The notes under the pieces: generated by a model | The model's database searches: none | Seen by the model: only the letters and a program-made list of their open reading frames with translations | Told to the model about the DNA's origin: nothing | Shown: piece after piece, positions 19,511 through 28,059 of the stretch | How the letters are laid out: every line of letters begins with the position of its first letter | Numbering within the stretch: position 1 is the stretch's first letter | IMG/VR virus record: IMGVR_UViG_3300002143_000235 | Span: 124,001-188,000 of that record | Reading direction: 5' to 3' (one strand) | DNA: 64,000 nucleotides | Made by a program: the position numbers and the translations under genes

Positions 19511-19808
19511 GACAAAAGTTGTTCACTGTAAGAAGGATGCATTTGACATCTATATTGGTCGTGGAAGCATTTATGGTAATCCATTTACACATATAAAGGA
19601 TAGAGAAACAAAAGCTGAATTTGTGGTAGCAACTAGATCGGAAGCTATTGAAAGTTATCGAGAATGGATTAAAAGCCAACCAAATATTTTACAAAAGCTT
19701 GAAACATTGAGAGGTAAACGTCTTGGTTGTTTTTGTGCGCCTAAAACATGTCACGGTGATATACTTGTGGAATTATTAAACGGAAAACAATACCATTCAA
19801 TTTTTTGA
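19503..19808 (+). CDS. DUF4326 protein
   Basis: YIGRGSIYGNPF...LRGKRLGCFCAPKTCHGDIL. Confidence 0.85.
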   Translation: MAETKVVHCKKDAFDIYIGRGSIYGNPFTHIKDRETKAEFVVATRSEAIESYREWIKSQPNILQKLETLRGKRLGCFCAPKTCHGDILVELLNGKQYHSIF

Positions 19809-20248
19809 TTACTTATAAAACATATACTGGTTTACTTACTTATTTAGATGAGAACAGTATTTTTGTTTTTGGTTCAAATACACAGGGTCGACATGGTAAA
19901 GGTTCAGCATTGACAGCTAAGATTTATTTTGGTGCAATCTATGGTAAAGCTAGAGGTAGACAGGGACAATCATATGCTATTGTAACAAAAGATCTTACAA
20001 AGAAAATTCATCCAAGTATACCACGACAAGTTGTTGTGGATCAAATATGTATTCTTTACGACTATGCATTAAATAATCCAAAACTTCAATTTTACGTAGC
20101 TTATAATGGAATCAGTAAAAATCTGAATGGCTATTCAAATCAAGAAATGGTAGAAATGTTTTCAACATTTGAAATTCCAATTAATATGATATTTGAATGG
20201 GAGTTCAGTAAACTTCTTAAAGCTCCCACACGTTTATCACTCTTTTAA
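19805..20248 (+). CDS. Conserved phage protein of the IFVFGSN..GxHGxG family (possibly macrodomain-related)
   Basis: IFVFGSNTQGRHGKGSALTA...GRQGQSYAIVTK. TTG start. Confidence 0.7.
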   Translation: MITYKTYTGLLTYLDENSIFVFGSNTQGRHGKGSALTAKIYFGAIYGKARGRQGQSYAIVTKDLTKKIHPSIPRQVVVDQICILYDYALNNPKLQFYVAYNGISKNLNGYSNQEMVEMFSTFEIPINMIFEWEFSKLLKAPTRLSLF

Positions 20249-20258
20249 TATATACGAT

Positions 20259-20582
20259 ATGCAACGATTTAAGCAACTAAAAACAGATGAAAAAGTAATA
20301 ACTATCTCAAAAGAGGTAGAACAATATCTTTATTCATCGCCTTTTTCATGGTTGTTAATGTGTGAACTTGATGATGCAGATATTGAAATTAAAAACAATG
20401 TACTTTATTGGAATTCCGGTATAATTTATTGGGGTATATGGGAATGGGGTGTATTCGTAAATGGTGATTTTAGATCAGGTACGTGGCTTGGTGGAATACT
20501 ACTTGGTGGAACTGTCAGTGCTGATTGGCATCGAGGTGTTTTGAAGACTGGTCAATTAAAAGGAAAACGTCTAGATACATGA
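20259..20582 (+). CDS. Hypothetical protein with W/F-x-x-G repeats
   Basis: WNSG..YWG.WEWG.FVNG.FRSG.WLGG pentapeptide-like repeats. Confidence 0.65.
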   Translation: MQRFKQLKTDEKVITISKEVEQYLYSSPFSWLLMCELDDADIEIKNNVLYWNSGIIYWGIWEWGVFVNGDFRSGTWLGGILLGGTVSADWHRGVLKTGQLKGKRLDT

Positions 20583-21397
20583 GAAAAGCAATACACTGGG
20601 TTGATTTAGATGAGACTATTTGGCGTACAAATGCTAAATGGTGGATTGTTGATAAACGAAATCCTTCTACATATTTAATGCGTATTACACAGTATGACGC
20701 ACAACTTATTCTTAATGGTAAATACATGCAAGATGGTCAAGAAATTAATTATAATGGAATGACAGGTTGGTTGTCAAATGAATTGATAACTAAAATCAAA
20801 CAAAAACGTGCAATTGATTTGAAAGACATTGGAATATCATTTCGTGAGTACCAGGATGAGAAATTGATCATTAATCAAACAAAAGATATGTTTATCTTTA
20901 TTGATCGAATAAGTCTTATAAAAAAATCTACTGATACTGTTAATCTTCTAACAGCACGTTCAAATGCAAGAGCACATATTCAACTTGTTGAGATTTTGAA
21001 AAAAGAATTAAAAGAACACGGATTGAATATTAATAAGAGTATGTTTGTAAACGATCCTCTTGTTATGAACAGTTACGGCTCTACATCAGATAAAAAATTA
21101 ATAGTTATTATTGAATCAATTATTGGTTACCAAGTAAAAGATAATACATTCACACCAATTATGTGTGATCATTACGATGATTGTCATTTTTACGATGATG
21201 AAGATTTAAATATAAGTGCATGTGAAGGTATTAATGCACGAATATCAACATTGTTGAACAATACACAACCATGGTTAAAACAACGTGTTGTTGAGCGTAT
21301 AAATTTAGCAGAAAAAAAATTGATACTAAATCATGTTACTACGAATGAATTGAATCCATTTACTACTCAAGTGATAGATATCAAGATGCATTCATAA
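20579..21397 (+). CDS. HAD-like protein
   Basis: WVDLDETI, LLTARS and FYDDE motifs. Confidence 0.65.
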   Translation: MRKAIHWVDLDETIWRTNAKWWIVDKRNPSTYLMRITQYDAQLILNGKYMQDGQEINYNGMTGWLSNELITKIKQKRAIDLKDIGISFREYQDEKLIINQTKDMFIFIDRISLIKKSTDTVNLLTARSNARAHIQLVEILKKELKEHGLNINKSMFVNDPLVMNSYGSTSDKKLIVIIESIIGYQVKDNTFTPIMCDHYDDCHFYDDEDLNISACEGINARISTLLNNTQPWLKQRVVERINLAEKKLILNHVTTNELNPFTTQVIDIKMHS

Positions 21398-21605
21398 TGT
21401 TTTGAGTTGCTCTGTTTCATCAACTCAATTTTAGGACCGCTATAGTTATAGCAAAACAAAACACCAGAATTCGCTACTCTGGTGTTTTATTTTTTAATCT
21501 TTTTTGTGAAACTGTTGTATAATATTATGATATTAACACAAATTTTACTCTATAGATGAGCAAGTACATCGGTAATATATAAGAAAAATAGAAGTTTAAA
21601 GACAT

Positions 21606-22562
21606 ATGTCAGATCAACCAGATCACCTGATGAATTTTCTAGGTGAGAATCACAAGCCTGAACAACCAGAGATCATAACAAATATTGAAACTTTTGGACA
21701 AAGTACACGTCAAAAAGTTAAACACATTGAAACTACAGCCGATTCAAATTGGATAGATATTGAACTTGCATTTCTTCCTTATAATAAATTTTATAAAGAT
21801 GGAACACATATTTTCATTAGACCAGCAAAAACCATCGAAATTGAATCATTTGCTATTGTGAATGATAAGAATCCATTTGATGTTCAACTAAAAGTTAATG
21901 AACTTATTAAAGCCTGTACTAAAGTGCAACATCTTGATGGACACATTGGATCTTATGAAGAAATTCAAGATGGTGATCGTGAAACATTAGCAATTTTAAT
22001 TGCTCGTGCTTCAGCTAAGAATGGACGTAAGATTGCTAAGACTGTTAATTGTACATGTGGTAGTGAAGAAGTTATTGAATTTATTCCAGCAAATTATGTT
22101 TATCAAGAACCAAATGCAGAAGCAGAAGCATGGTTCAATCCAAACACAAAACGTTACGAATTTCAATTAGCTGATGGATCACAGATTAATCTTGCACCAC
22201 CATCAATTGGACTTGCCAGTAGCATCAATCAGTATATTTTTTACAAGACTGCACAAAGTGAAGGTAAGATTATGCCAAATTTATCATTTATGCAGATCTT
22301 ACCTTATATTAAAGCTGCAAATGGTGTTACTGAATTGACAACAGAACAATTAGAGACAGAAGAATTTGCATTTGGTAAAATGAATGATGAGCATTTTATG
22401 TTTATTGATGATGCTGTTGAAAAAATTAATTACGGTGTAAAGGAGGCACGATGCAACTGTTCGAAGTGCGGGAAAGAGTTGACCACACCCTTTCGCTACC
22501 CTAACGGAGCTCGAGCTCTTCTCATTATTCCAAATGCCTTTAACCAGCTTATCAGAAAATGA
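21606..22562 (+). CDS. Baseplate hub assembly protein (T4 gp26-like)
   Basis: IFIRP....E, GDR..L, CTCG and C-terminal CSKCG. Confidence 0.65.
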   Translation: MSDQPDHLMNFLGENHKPEQPEIITNIETFGQSTRQKVKHIETTADSNWIDIELAFLPYNKFYKDGTHIFIRPAKTIEIESFAIVNDKNPFDVQLKVNELIKACTKVQHLDGHIGSYEEIQDGDRETLAILIARASAKNGRKIAKTVNCTCGSEEVIEFIPANYVYQEPNAEAEAWFNPNTKRYEFQLADGSQINLAPPSIGLASSINQYIFYKTAQSEGKIMPNLSFMQILPYIKAANGVTELTTEQLETEEFAFGKMNDEHFMFIDDAVEKINYGVKEARCNCSKCGKELTTPFRYPNGARALLIIPNAFNQLIRK

Positions 22563-22788
22563 GTTTGAGTTCATGATGCAGTCAAGACAACCCTTGTCTG
22601 AAATTATGAACATGCCTTATTGGAAATTTGAAGATTTTATCGAACGTCTTAATAAACGAAATGAAGAGATGAATCATGAAAGAAAAAAACAAGAAGAGCA
22701 ACAAAATAAGTCACAATCACAATACAGTGCGAGTGCTTTAAAAGCTGGACCAAATATGAATAACTTTAAAGTTCCGAAATTTAGATAA
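22534..22788 (+). CDS. Baseplate hub assembly chaperone (gp51-like)
   Basis: LSEIMNMPYWKFEDFIERL, overlapping the gp26-like gene. Confidence 0.55.
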   Translation: MPLTSLSENEFEFMMQSRQPLSEIMNMPYWKFEDFIERLNKRNEEMNHERKKQEEQQNKSQSQYSASALKAGPNMNNFKVPKFR

Positions 22789-22888
22789 TTTCGGAACTTT
22801 TTTTTAAACAATTTGTATTTATATGTTTATAAGTATTAGACATGCCGGTCTCTAAATGAGCAATATATAAATACATACATTTCTTATT

Positions 22889-23653
22889 ATGAGTTTTATC
22901 CTCAGAACAGTTGATGAACATAACATCAACTACCACACGTACCTTGGAGAAAAGTACGATGTTGTTAATCGTGAACGTTCGCCAGAGTATTTCGAAACAC
23001 TTCTTAACCGAGATCCTTTTGGTGGAGATTCTAAAAAAGCTTTTGTCTATGTCAGTTATAGTGATGGATACAAATACATTCAACAAGGCGAGCATGCCTA
23101 CATTATGATAAGTAATGGTGAAACGTTTGACAATTTAACACCAAAAAGTATTTTTAAACTTCCTAAACTTGATAATACTGAACCGACAAATGAAATACCA
23201 TACCAGTTTGATTCACGTGATATAAAACCAAAAAGCTGGTTGAAATTAGAAAAAGCTACTGTACATAAACTTTGTATTAATAAAGATAATGAAGTATCTA
23301 TAAATACATATAACGAATTTGGTAGAAATGTTGCAAGTTTTTTAAATGTACAAAAAGAAATGCATGAAGCTGGTTATTGTATGATTTTTCCAACATATGA
23401 TGGAAAGTTTATTATTTGTGGTTTTACTGGTCGTGGCTATAATAATGGTATTTATGAATCTGATAATATAAAAAAAATTGGAAGTAAAATACATGTTCTT
23501 TCACAAGCTGATTCAAATGGTCAGTATTATCTTATTCAACTTGATGAATGTGCAGGAGAATTTTTAGTTTCAGATGAAACATGTTCAAGTAGGGTCGGAT
23601 ACGGTCTTTTATTAGATCGTGAAACTGTTTACAATCTTATTTCGGAAAAATAA
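22889..23653 (+). CDS. Hypothetical protein
   Basis: AAAC-N18-TATA at 22806-22831. Confidence 0.7.
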   Translation: MSFILRTVDEHNINYHTYLGEKYDVVNRERSPEYFETLLNRDPFGGDSKKAFVYVSYSDGYKYIQQGEHAYIMISNGETFDNLTPKSIFKLPKLDNTEPTNEIPYQFDSRDIKPKSWLKLEKATVHKLCINKDNEVSINTYNEFGRNVASFLNVQKEMHEAGYCMIFPTYDGKFIICGFTGRGYNNGIYESDNIKKIGSKIHVLSQADSNGQYYLIQLDECAGEFLVSDETCSSRVGYGLLLDRETVYNLISEK

Positions 23654-23754
23654 TAAATTTAAGATGATAGTGAGAGGTATTCAAATGGATACCTCTCTTC
23701 TTTTTGTGTGTTTTTGATTAATATATAGATTAAACAAAAACTACACACCAAGAT

Positions 23755-24318
23755 ATGGCTTTAGCTCACTTTTCAAACGTGTTGAGTCACAACAGACTAG
23801 ACGAAGCAGTTTACAAAGCATTGTTCGAAATTACATTCGACCTTCCACCTATTCTCGGACGTTCTACAACTGAAGTTCAGTTGATGTTAGAGAATGCACG
23901 AAATATTACATTGCCTGTAACTCCAGACCTTGATGTTGTTACACAACGATTCAAATATAGTACACGTGCTTTCGTGGGTCTTCCGTCTCAAACACATAAC
24001 CCAGATATTAATATCAACTTCAACCTTAATGAAAATGATAAGAATGCTGTTTATGTTTGGAACATTTTGAAAGCATGGTATGATTTAGCATGGAACTCAC
24101 AAACTGGTGAAACACATACTAAACGTGATATGGTTGGAAACATCATTGTTAATCAACATAATCGTGAAGGACAAGTTATCAGACGTGTAACTTACAAGAA
24201 CTGCCAGATTATCGGTGTTTCTGAAACTGAACTTAACTGGGATTCTCCTGCAGATATCCTTGAGTGTAGCGGTAAATGGGTTGCTGATTACTGGGAAGAT
24301 CTTTACATCGACGCTTAA
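23755..24318 (+). CDS. Tail tube protein (gp19-like)
   Basis: LFEITF..P, ITLP, WYDL..N..TG, GNIIV...NREG...RRVTY.NC and LNW..........W..DYWED. Confidence 0.8.
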   Translation: MALAHFSNVLSHNRLDEAVYKALFEITFDLPPILGRSTTEVQLMLENARNITLPVTPDLDVVTQRFKYSTRAFVGLPSQTHNPDININFNLNENDKNAVYVWNILKAWYDLAWNSQTGETHTKRDMVGNIIVNQHNREGQVIRRVTYKNCQIIGVSETELNWDSPADILECSGKWVADYWEDLYIDA

Positions 24319-24352
24319 TAAATTATAATTTTTAAAAATAATGTATTAATGT

Positions 24353-24919
24353 ATGATAACAACTATAAATGAGTTTCGACAATATAGTTCTGGACATTTA
24401 GTAGATACTAATAAATTATTTCCTGAGGATAATATCTATGTTGGAAATTTAATTATAGTTGATGAGATGCACGATATGAAGATAACTATTACCACAGTGA
24501 CAGGTAATGTATTTATAGCGTCATCAACAATACCTAAATGGTGTAAAAACATTACCGTGAATGGTGACTTTAATGCTGGTAAAGGTATTATTTCTGTTGC
24601 AACTGAAGGATCTAATATTTTAAAGAATAAAGTAAGTTGGACAGGGTCAATTGATCTTCCAAATCTTATAAGTTTAGTTAATTGTCCAAAGATTATAAAT
24701 GGTGATTGTAATATAGTTGGTAATCTAAATATTGATTTAGAAAATGGACCAAAAGTTGTTACTGGTACATATGTAGTAAGTACTACAAAATCTGTTAAAT
24801 ATATTGAAAGGTACACAGAAGTGAGTAAAAATATCATAACACAGAATGATAATCACAGTGTACGTGATTCTAGAGATCGTTATCATAAACGAAAAGAACG
24901 CTATAAATTTTGGAAATAA
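24353..24919 (+). CDS. Hypothetical protein (possible internal virion protein)
   Basis: MITTINEF N-terminus and SLxNCPK..NGD repeats. Confidence 0.7.
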   Translation: MITTINEFRQYSSGHLVDTNKLFPEDNIYVGNLIIVDEMHDMKITITTVTGNVFIASSTIPKWCKNITVNGDFNAGKGIISVATEGSNILKNKVSWTGSIDLPNLISLVNCPKIINGDCNIVGNLNIDLENGPKVVTGTYVVSTTKSVKYIERYTEVSKNIITQNDNHSVRDSRDRYHKRKERYKFWK

Positions 24920-25014
24920 CATTTTTAATGAATTACAAAGGACCTTCGGGTCTTTTTTTTATTTTAAACAAATTCATAATCTGTGTCTATAAATTGAAAA
25001 GGTCCTGATGATGG

Positions 25015-25653
25015 ATGAAAGCACAAACACAAGAAAAACAAACGGTTGAAGCAACAACCTTAACAAAAAAAGAACTCTGTATCCTTAAACAAGGAAAACA
25101 GATTGTTACAGAAGAACAATTTGCAGTATGCTACATGACAGCTAAATGTCAACTCAAAAACCGAACACCTGAATTTGGTATCTACAACAAAAATTTGGCT
25201 GCTGAATGTGGTATGAATCCAGAGACATTCAGACGTACTGTTGAAAAATTTAAACTTGTTATTACGGGTAAAGATGAAGATCCATCTGAAACAGATAAAG
25301 AGGCAATTTATCCAAAAATCAGAATAGCTTATAACAAGTTTATAGAATTACTTGATGAGACTGTATACGATTTTGCTGAACGTTCGTTTACAGAAGAAAA
25401 CAGAAACATCGGTTACGAAATGGCATTGGAGAAAGCAGAGCAACAAGATAAGTATGCAGCTGAATATAAGAAACGTGATGCTGAAATAAAGAACAAAGTA
25501 ACATTACTATTCAATTCACTTAATAGTGTCTTTAAAGATGCTACAAAAGCAAAACGTCAAGCAATCAATAAGGTTGCAAATGAATCAAATGTAAGTGTTG
25601 AAAGAGTGCTTGGTGTTTGGAATAAAGATGAGATGTTGAAAAAAATATCATAA
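25015..25653 (+). CDS. Hypothetical protein (possible HTH)
   Basis: AAAC-N18-TATA at 24966-24991. NLAAECGMNPETFRRTV resembles a helix-turn-helix. Confidence 0.7.
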   Translation: MKAQTQEKQTVEATTLTKKELCILKQGKQIVTEEQFAVCYMTAKCQLKNRTPEFGIYNKNLAAECGMNPETFRRTVEKFKLVITGKDEDPSETDKEAIYPKIRIAYNKFIELLDETVYDFAERSFTEENRNIGYEMALEKAEQQDKYAAEYKKRDAEIKNKVTLLFNSLNSVFKDATKAKRQAINKVANESNVSVERVLGVWNKDEMLKKIS

Positions 25654-25670
25654 AAATTAATAAAGGAAGT

Positions 25671-25696
25671 AAACAATTACATATATAGATTGTATA
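25671..25696 (+). promoter_or_regulatory. AAAC-N18-TATA promoter driving leader ORF and tRNA array
   Basis: AAAC at 25671-25674 and TATA at 25693-25696. Confidence 0.7.
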
Positions 25697-25705
25697 ACTA
25701 ACGAA

Positions 25706-25777
25706 ATGAAGAACCTGATAACATTAACGATTATTACCCTATGTACTTTGATGTGCAACGGTCTTGTCGTGAGTTAA
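25706..25777 (+). CDS. Putative attenuator leader peptide MKNLITLTIITLCTLMCNGLVVS
   Basis: Codons 4-17 are all Leu/Ile/Thr/Cys/Met (13 distinct codons of 14). The 3' end is complementary to the terminator 5' arm. Confidence 0.8.
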   Translation: MKNLITLTIITLCTLMCNGLVVS

Positions 25778-25837
25778 TGTTTGAAAGAAAATATTGATAA
25801 GTGATAAGACCGGAACTGAAAAGTTTCGGTTTTTTTT
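25759..25837 (+). terminator. Attenuator: alternative antiterminator and terminator
   Basis: Terminator AAGACCGGAAC-TGAAAA-GTTTCGGTTTT plus T-run (25806-25837). Antiterminator CGGTCTTGTC (25759-68) pairs with GATAAGACCG (25803-12). Confidence 0.8.
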
Positions 25838-25897
25838 GTCTTAGTATGTCGTAGATTGAAAAATGTTTCGTATATTTGTCAAACAAAACAAATAGAT

Positions 25898-26128
25898 ATG
25901 GGATATTCAAATGAAATCAAGCCTACGTGCCGACTAAGTGAGATTAAAGATCGCACAGCTGTAAACGGTGAAGTATTCGTAGTTCGAGATACAAATAACA
26001 AAGCAGCGGCTTTGGTTTATGCTAACGATGGTGATAATAACTCAGATCGCGTACGATCAGCATTTGCTAAAAGTACAGGAGTAAAATTCACTGATACACG
26101 TTGTTCACGTTTGAAAAACGTTAAGTAA
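25898..26128 (+). CDS. Small basic hypothetical protein (paralog of 1194-1499)
   Basis: TATATTTG at 25871 upstream. Start MGYSNEIK. Confidence 0.7.
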   Translation: MGYSNEIKPTCRLSEIKDRTAVNGEVFVVRDTNNKAAALVYANDGDNNSDRVRSAFAKSTGVKFTDTRCSRLKNVK

Positions 26129-26130
26129 AC

Positions 26131-26140
26131 GTTCATTGAC
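26131..26140 (+). promoter_or_regulatory. boxA-like element preceding tRNA array
   Basis: GTTCATTGAC, identical to 17571-17580. Confidence 0.55.
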
Positions 26141-26215
26141 ATAATGGTAATTGAATACATATTACTCGGTAAAAGTGCGAACTTTACGTAACACGAATCC
26201 TGAGAGTATGTATAT

Positions 26216-26301
26216 GGGCCGATGGTGGAATTGGTAGACACGTCGCGTTTAAGCCGCGATGCTCCGTAAGGGGCGTGTGGGTTCGACTCCCACTTGGCCT
26301 A
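26216..26301 (+). tRNA. tRNA-Leu(TAA)
   Basis: Cloverleaf with TCGCG-TT TAA GC-CGCGA and a long variable arm. No encoded CCA. Confidence 0.95.
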
Positions 26302-26420
26302 CACAAACACTAAACACCAATTACTGAAACAGAGTGTACAATCTGTGTAAAGAAATGTCGATAAAAAACAATACTGTGGTGCTTGGTATTGGAGACGGCG
26401 AAATTAAAGCGCTAAGATAT

Positions 26421-26501
26421 TGTGAGTGAGAGAAGCTGGTCACTTGTTGTTCGTATGGGTTCAGAAACCAAAGATCATCGGTTCGAATCCGACACTCACT
26501 A
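26421..26501 (+). tRNA. Atypical tRNA, anticodon CAG (Leu?), possibly degenerate
   Basis: Acceptor TGTGAGT/ACTCACT with a 1:72 mismatch, expanded D region, weak stem ATGGG-TT CAG AA-ACCAA, short variable loop and a good T-arm. Confidence 0.55.
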
Positions 26502-26578
26502 CTAATTGAACGCTGTAAAGCAAACTGAAGTTCTGTGAATCAATTCATTTTAGAATTGAAAGAGTTAATAAGTAAATT

Positions 26579-26662
26579 GGCCGTGTGGTGGAATTGGTAG
26601 ACACGCCATCTTGAGGGGGTGGTGCTCGTAAGAGCGTGTGGGTTCGAATCCCACCATGGTCA
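26579..26662 (+). tRNA. tRNA-Leu(GAG)
   Basis: CCATC-TT GAG GG-GGTGG with a long variable arm. Confidence 0.95.
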
Positions 26663-26737
26663 CTTCTGAGGATTTAGTATTTAACGTAGAGCTGGATCAA
26701 CGGTAAAATAACAAGTTGGATGAGAAGACAACAATTT

Positions 26738-26811
26738 AGTCGTATAGCTCAGTTGGTTAGAGCACCACACTGATAATGTGGGGGTCGCAAGTTCAAGTCT
26801 TGCTATGACTA
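26738..26811 (+). tRNA. tRNA-Ile(GAT)
   Basis: CCACA-CT GAT AA-TGTGG. Confidence 0.95.
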
Positions 26812-26813
26812 CG

Positions 26814-27023
26814 AAATACCTGCTGAAGACGATCAGTAATGGATAAAGGGTGGAGCTGTTATATGATAAGCCATCTCGAATGGAGATGTGTAACGGAAGA
26901 CCACGACACTATAGTTTTAACCAGCAAAACGTTGGTCGTTGTAGGAAAAGAGACTGATTAAAAGCAAACTCACCGACCGGGAGATGAAAACAACTCTTGA
27001 TTCGCTGGAATGGACAGGTATTT
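26814..27023 (+). ncRNA. Unclassified structured RNA (about 210 nt)
   Basis: Closing helix AAATACCTG/CAGGTATTT, internal GATCAGT/ACTGATT and CATCTC/GAGATG stems. GC-richer than the genome and not in the ORF track. Confidence 0.55.
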
Positions 27024-27028
27024 TATTT

Positions 27029-27100
27029 AGGCGCGTAGTAGAACGGTTATCACGCATGACTGATAATCATGTAATGGGAGTTCGATTCTCCCCGTGCCTA
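27029..27100 (+). tRNA. tRNA-Ile(GAT), second divergent copy
   Basis: CATGA-CT GAT AA-TCATG. Confidence 0.9.
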
Positions 27101-27219
27101 CACTAAAGATGGTTGACCACATAATAGCATTGTGTTAAAAATTGGGATAAGATGTCACCCAGTAGGAAGGAAAGTCTAGCAACGAAACCTGCTTAGTATT
27201 TGAAACGTAAATACAAACT

Positions 27220-27269
27220 GCTCGTGTGGTGGAATTGGTAGACACACAAAATACTTGTGTGTCTACCAA
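27220..27269 (+). pseudogene. 5' fragment of a Leu-type tRNA with 15-bp inverted duplication
   Basis: GCTCGTG-TGGTGGAATTGGTAGACAC then a perfect inverted repeat TTGGTAGACACACAA/TTGTGTGTCTACCAA (27235-27269). Confidence 0.7.
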
Positions 27270-27298
27270 ACTTCTTAAAAAACATATGTATATTATAC

Positions 27299-27754
27299 AT
27301 GTGGAGCAGGAATTATATTACAGATGAACAAATAATAGAAGCAGTTAAATTATCTAAAACAATGAGCGAAGCTGCAGCTATTGTTAAATTAAAATTTGAA
27401 ACATTTAAACGTAGAGCACAACATTTAGATATTTATAAACCAAATCAATATCGGAAAGGAATTAAACGTTCTGAAAGTGAATTTGAAAAACAAACAATAC
27501 CACTTGAAGAAATATTGAATGGAAAACACCCATCTTATAATACATCAAGATTACGAAAACGATTAATTAAAGCAGGATTAAAAGAAAATAAATGTGAAGA
27601 AAAAGATTGTACTGTTTCAGATTGGAAAGGTAAATCATTAACATGTGAACTTCATCATATTGATGGTGATAGAACAAATCACAAGTTAAATAATTTACAA
27701 ATAATTTGTCCAAATTGTCATAGCCAAACTGATAGTTTTGCACGAAGAAAATAA
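27299..27754 (+). mobile_element. Free-standing HNH homing endonuclease in tRNA array
   Basis: ELHHIDGDRTNHKLNNLQIICPNCHSQT with an N-terminal HTH-like region. Confidence 0.85.
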
Positions 27755-27757
27755 TAT

Positions 27758-27831
27758 AGCTACATAGCCCAATTGGAAGAGGCAATAGATTTAGAATCTA
27801 TATAGTGTGGGTTCGAGTCCCACTGTGGCTA
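27758..27831 (+). tRNA. tRNA-Leu(TAG) with short variable loop
   Basis: ATAGA-TT TAG AA-TCTAT with a 5-nt variable region. Confidence 0.85.
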
Positions 27832-27835
27832 CAAC

Positions 27836-27918
27836 GGCAGGTGAGATGTATTATTCTCTGAAAAGTTAGACTGCAACAGACTGTTGAGAAGCAGTGGCAT
27901 TGTTGGTGTTAGCCCAAC
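27836..27918 (+). ncRNA. tRNA-like structured element (T-arm-like hairpin)
   Basis: GATGT/GCATT helix enclosing an ACTGTT-GAGA-AGCAGT hairpin, then GTTGG-TGTTAGC-CCAAC. Confidence 0.4.
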
Positions 27919-27969
27919 TAGGGAAAAGTCCCCGAATGAGAGTTCCTTTCACGCTGGTGGTAAACGTGT

Positions 27970-28054
27970 TTTATGTAAAAGCGATCAGTTTGACTGAGTA
28001 TAAAAACGTCTAGCACAGTTGAAAGATAAGACGTTCTAATTGTTTTTACATAAA
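27970..28054 (+). ncRNA. Unclassified stem-closed RNA (about 85 nt)
   Basis: 16-bp closing helix TTTATGTAAAAGCGAT/ATTGTTTTTACATAAA, with internal TCAGT/ACTGA and AACGTCT/AGACGTT. Confidence 0.5.
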
Positions 28055-28059
28055 TAAAT

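Noticed and set aside
22534-22562. Programmed frameshift fusing the gp26-like and gp51-like ORFs
   Set aside because: The downstream ORF has its own ATG and no clear slippery heptamer is present.
26421-26501. Reading this tRNA as a TCA opal suppressor that would rescue kptA
   Set aside because: Centring the loop on TCA destroys the anticodon stem. The spacing to the T-arm supports CAG.
27160-27935. RNase P RNA suggested by GGAAAGTC-like words (about 27169 and 27921)
   Set aside because: No matching 3' P4 strand or overall RNase P architecture is visible, and tRNAs and the HNH interrupt the region.
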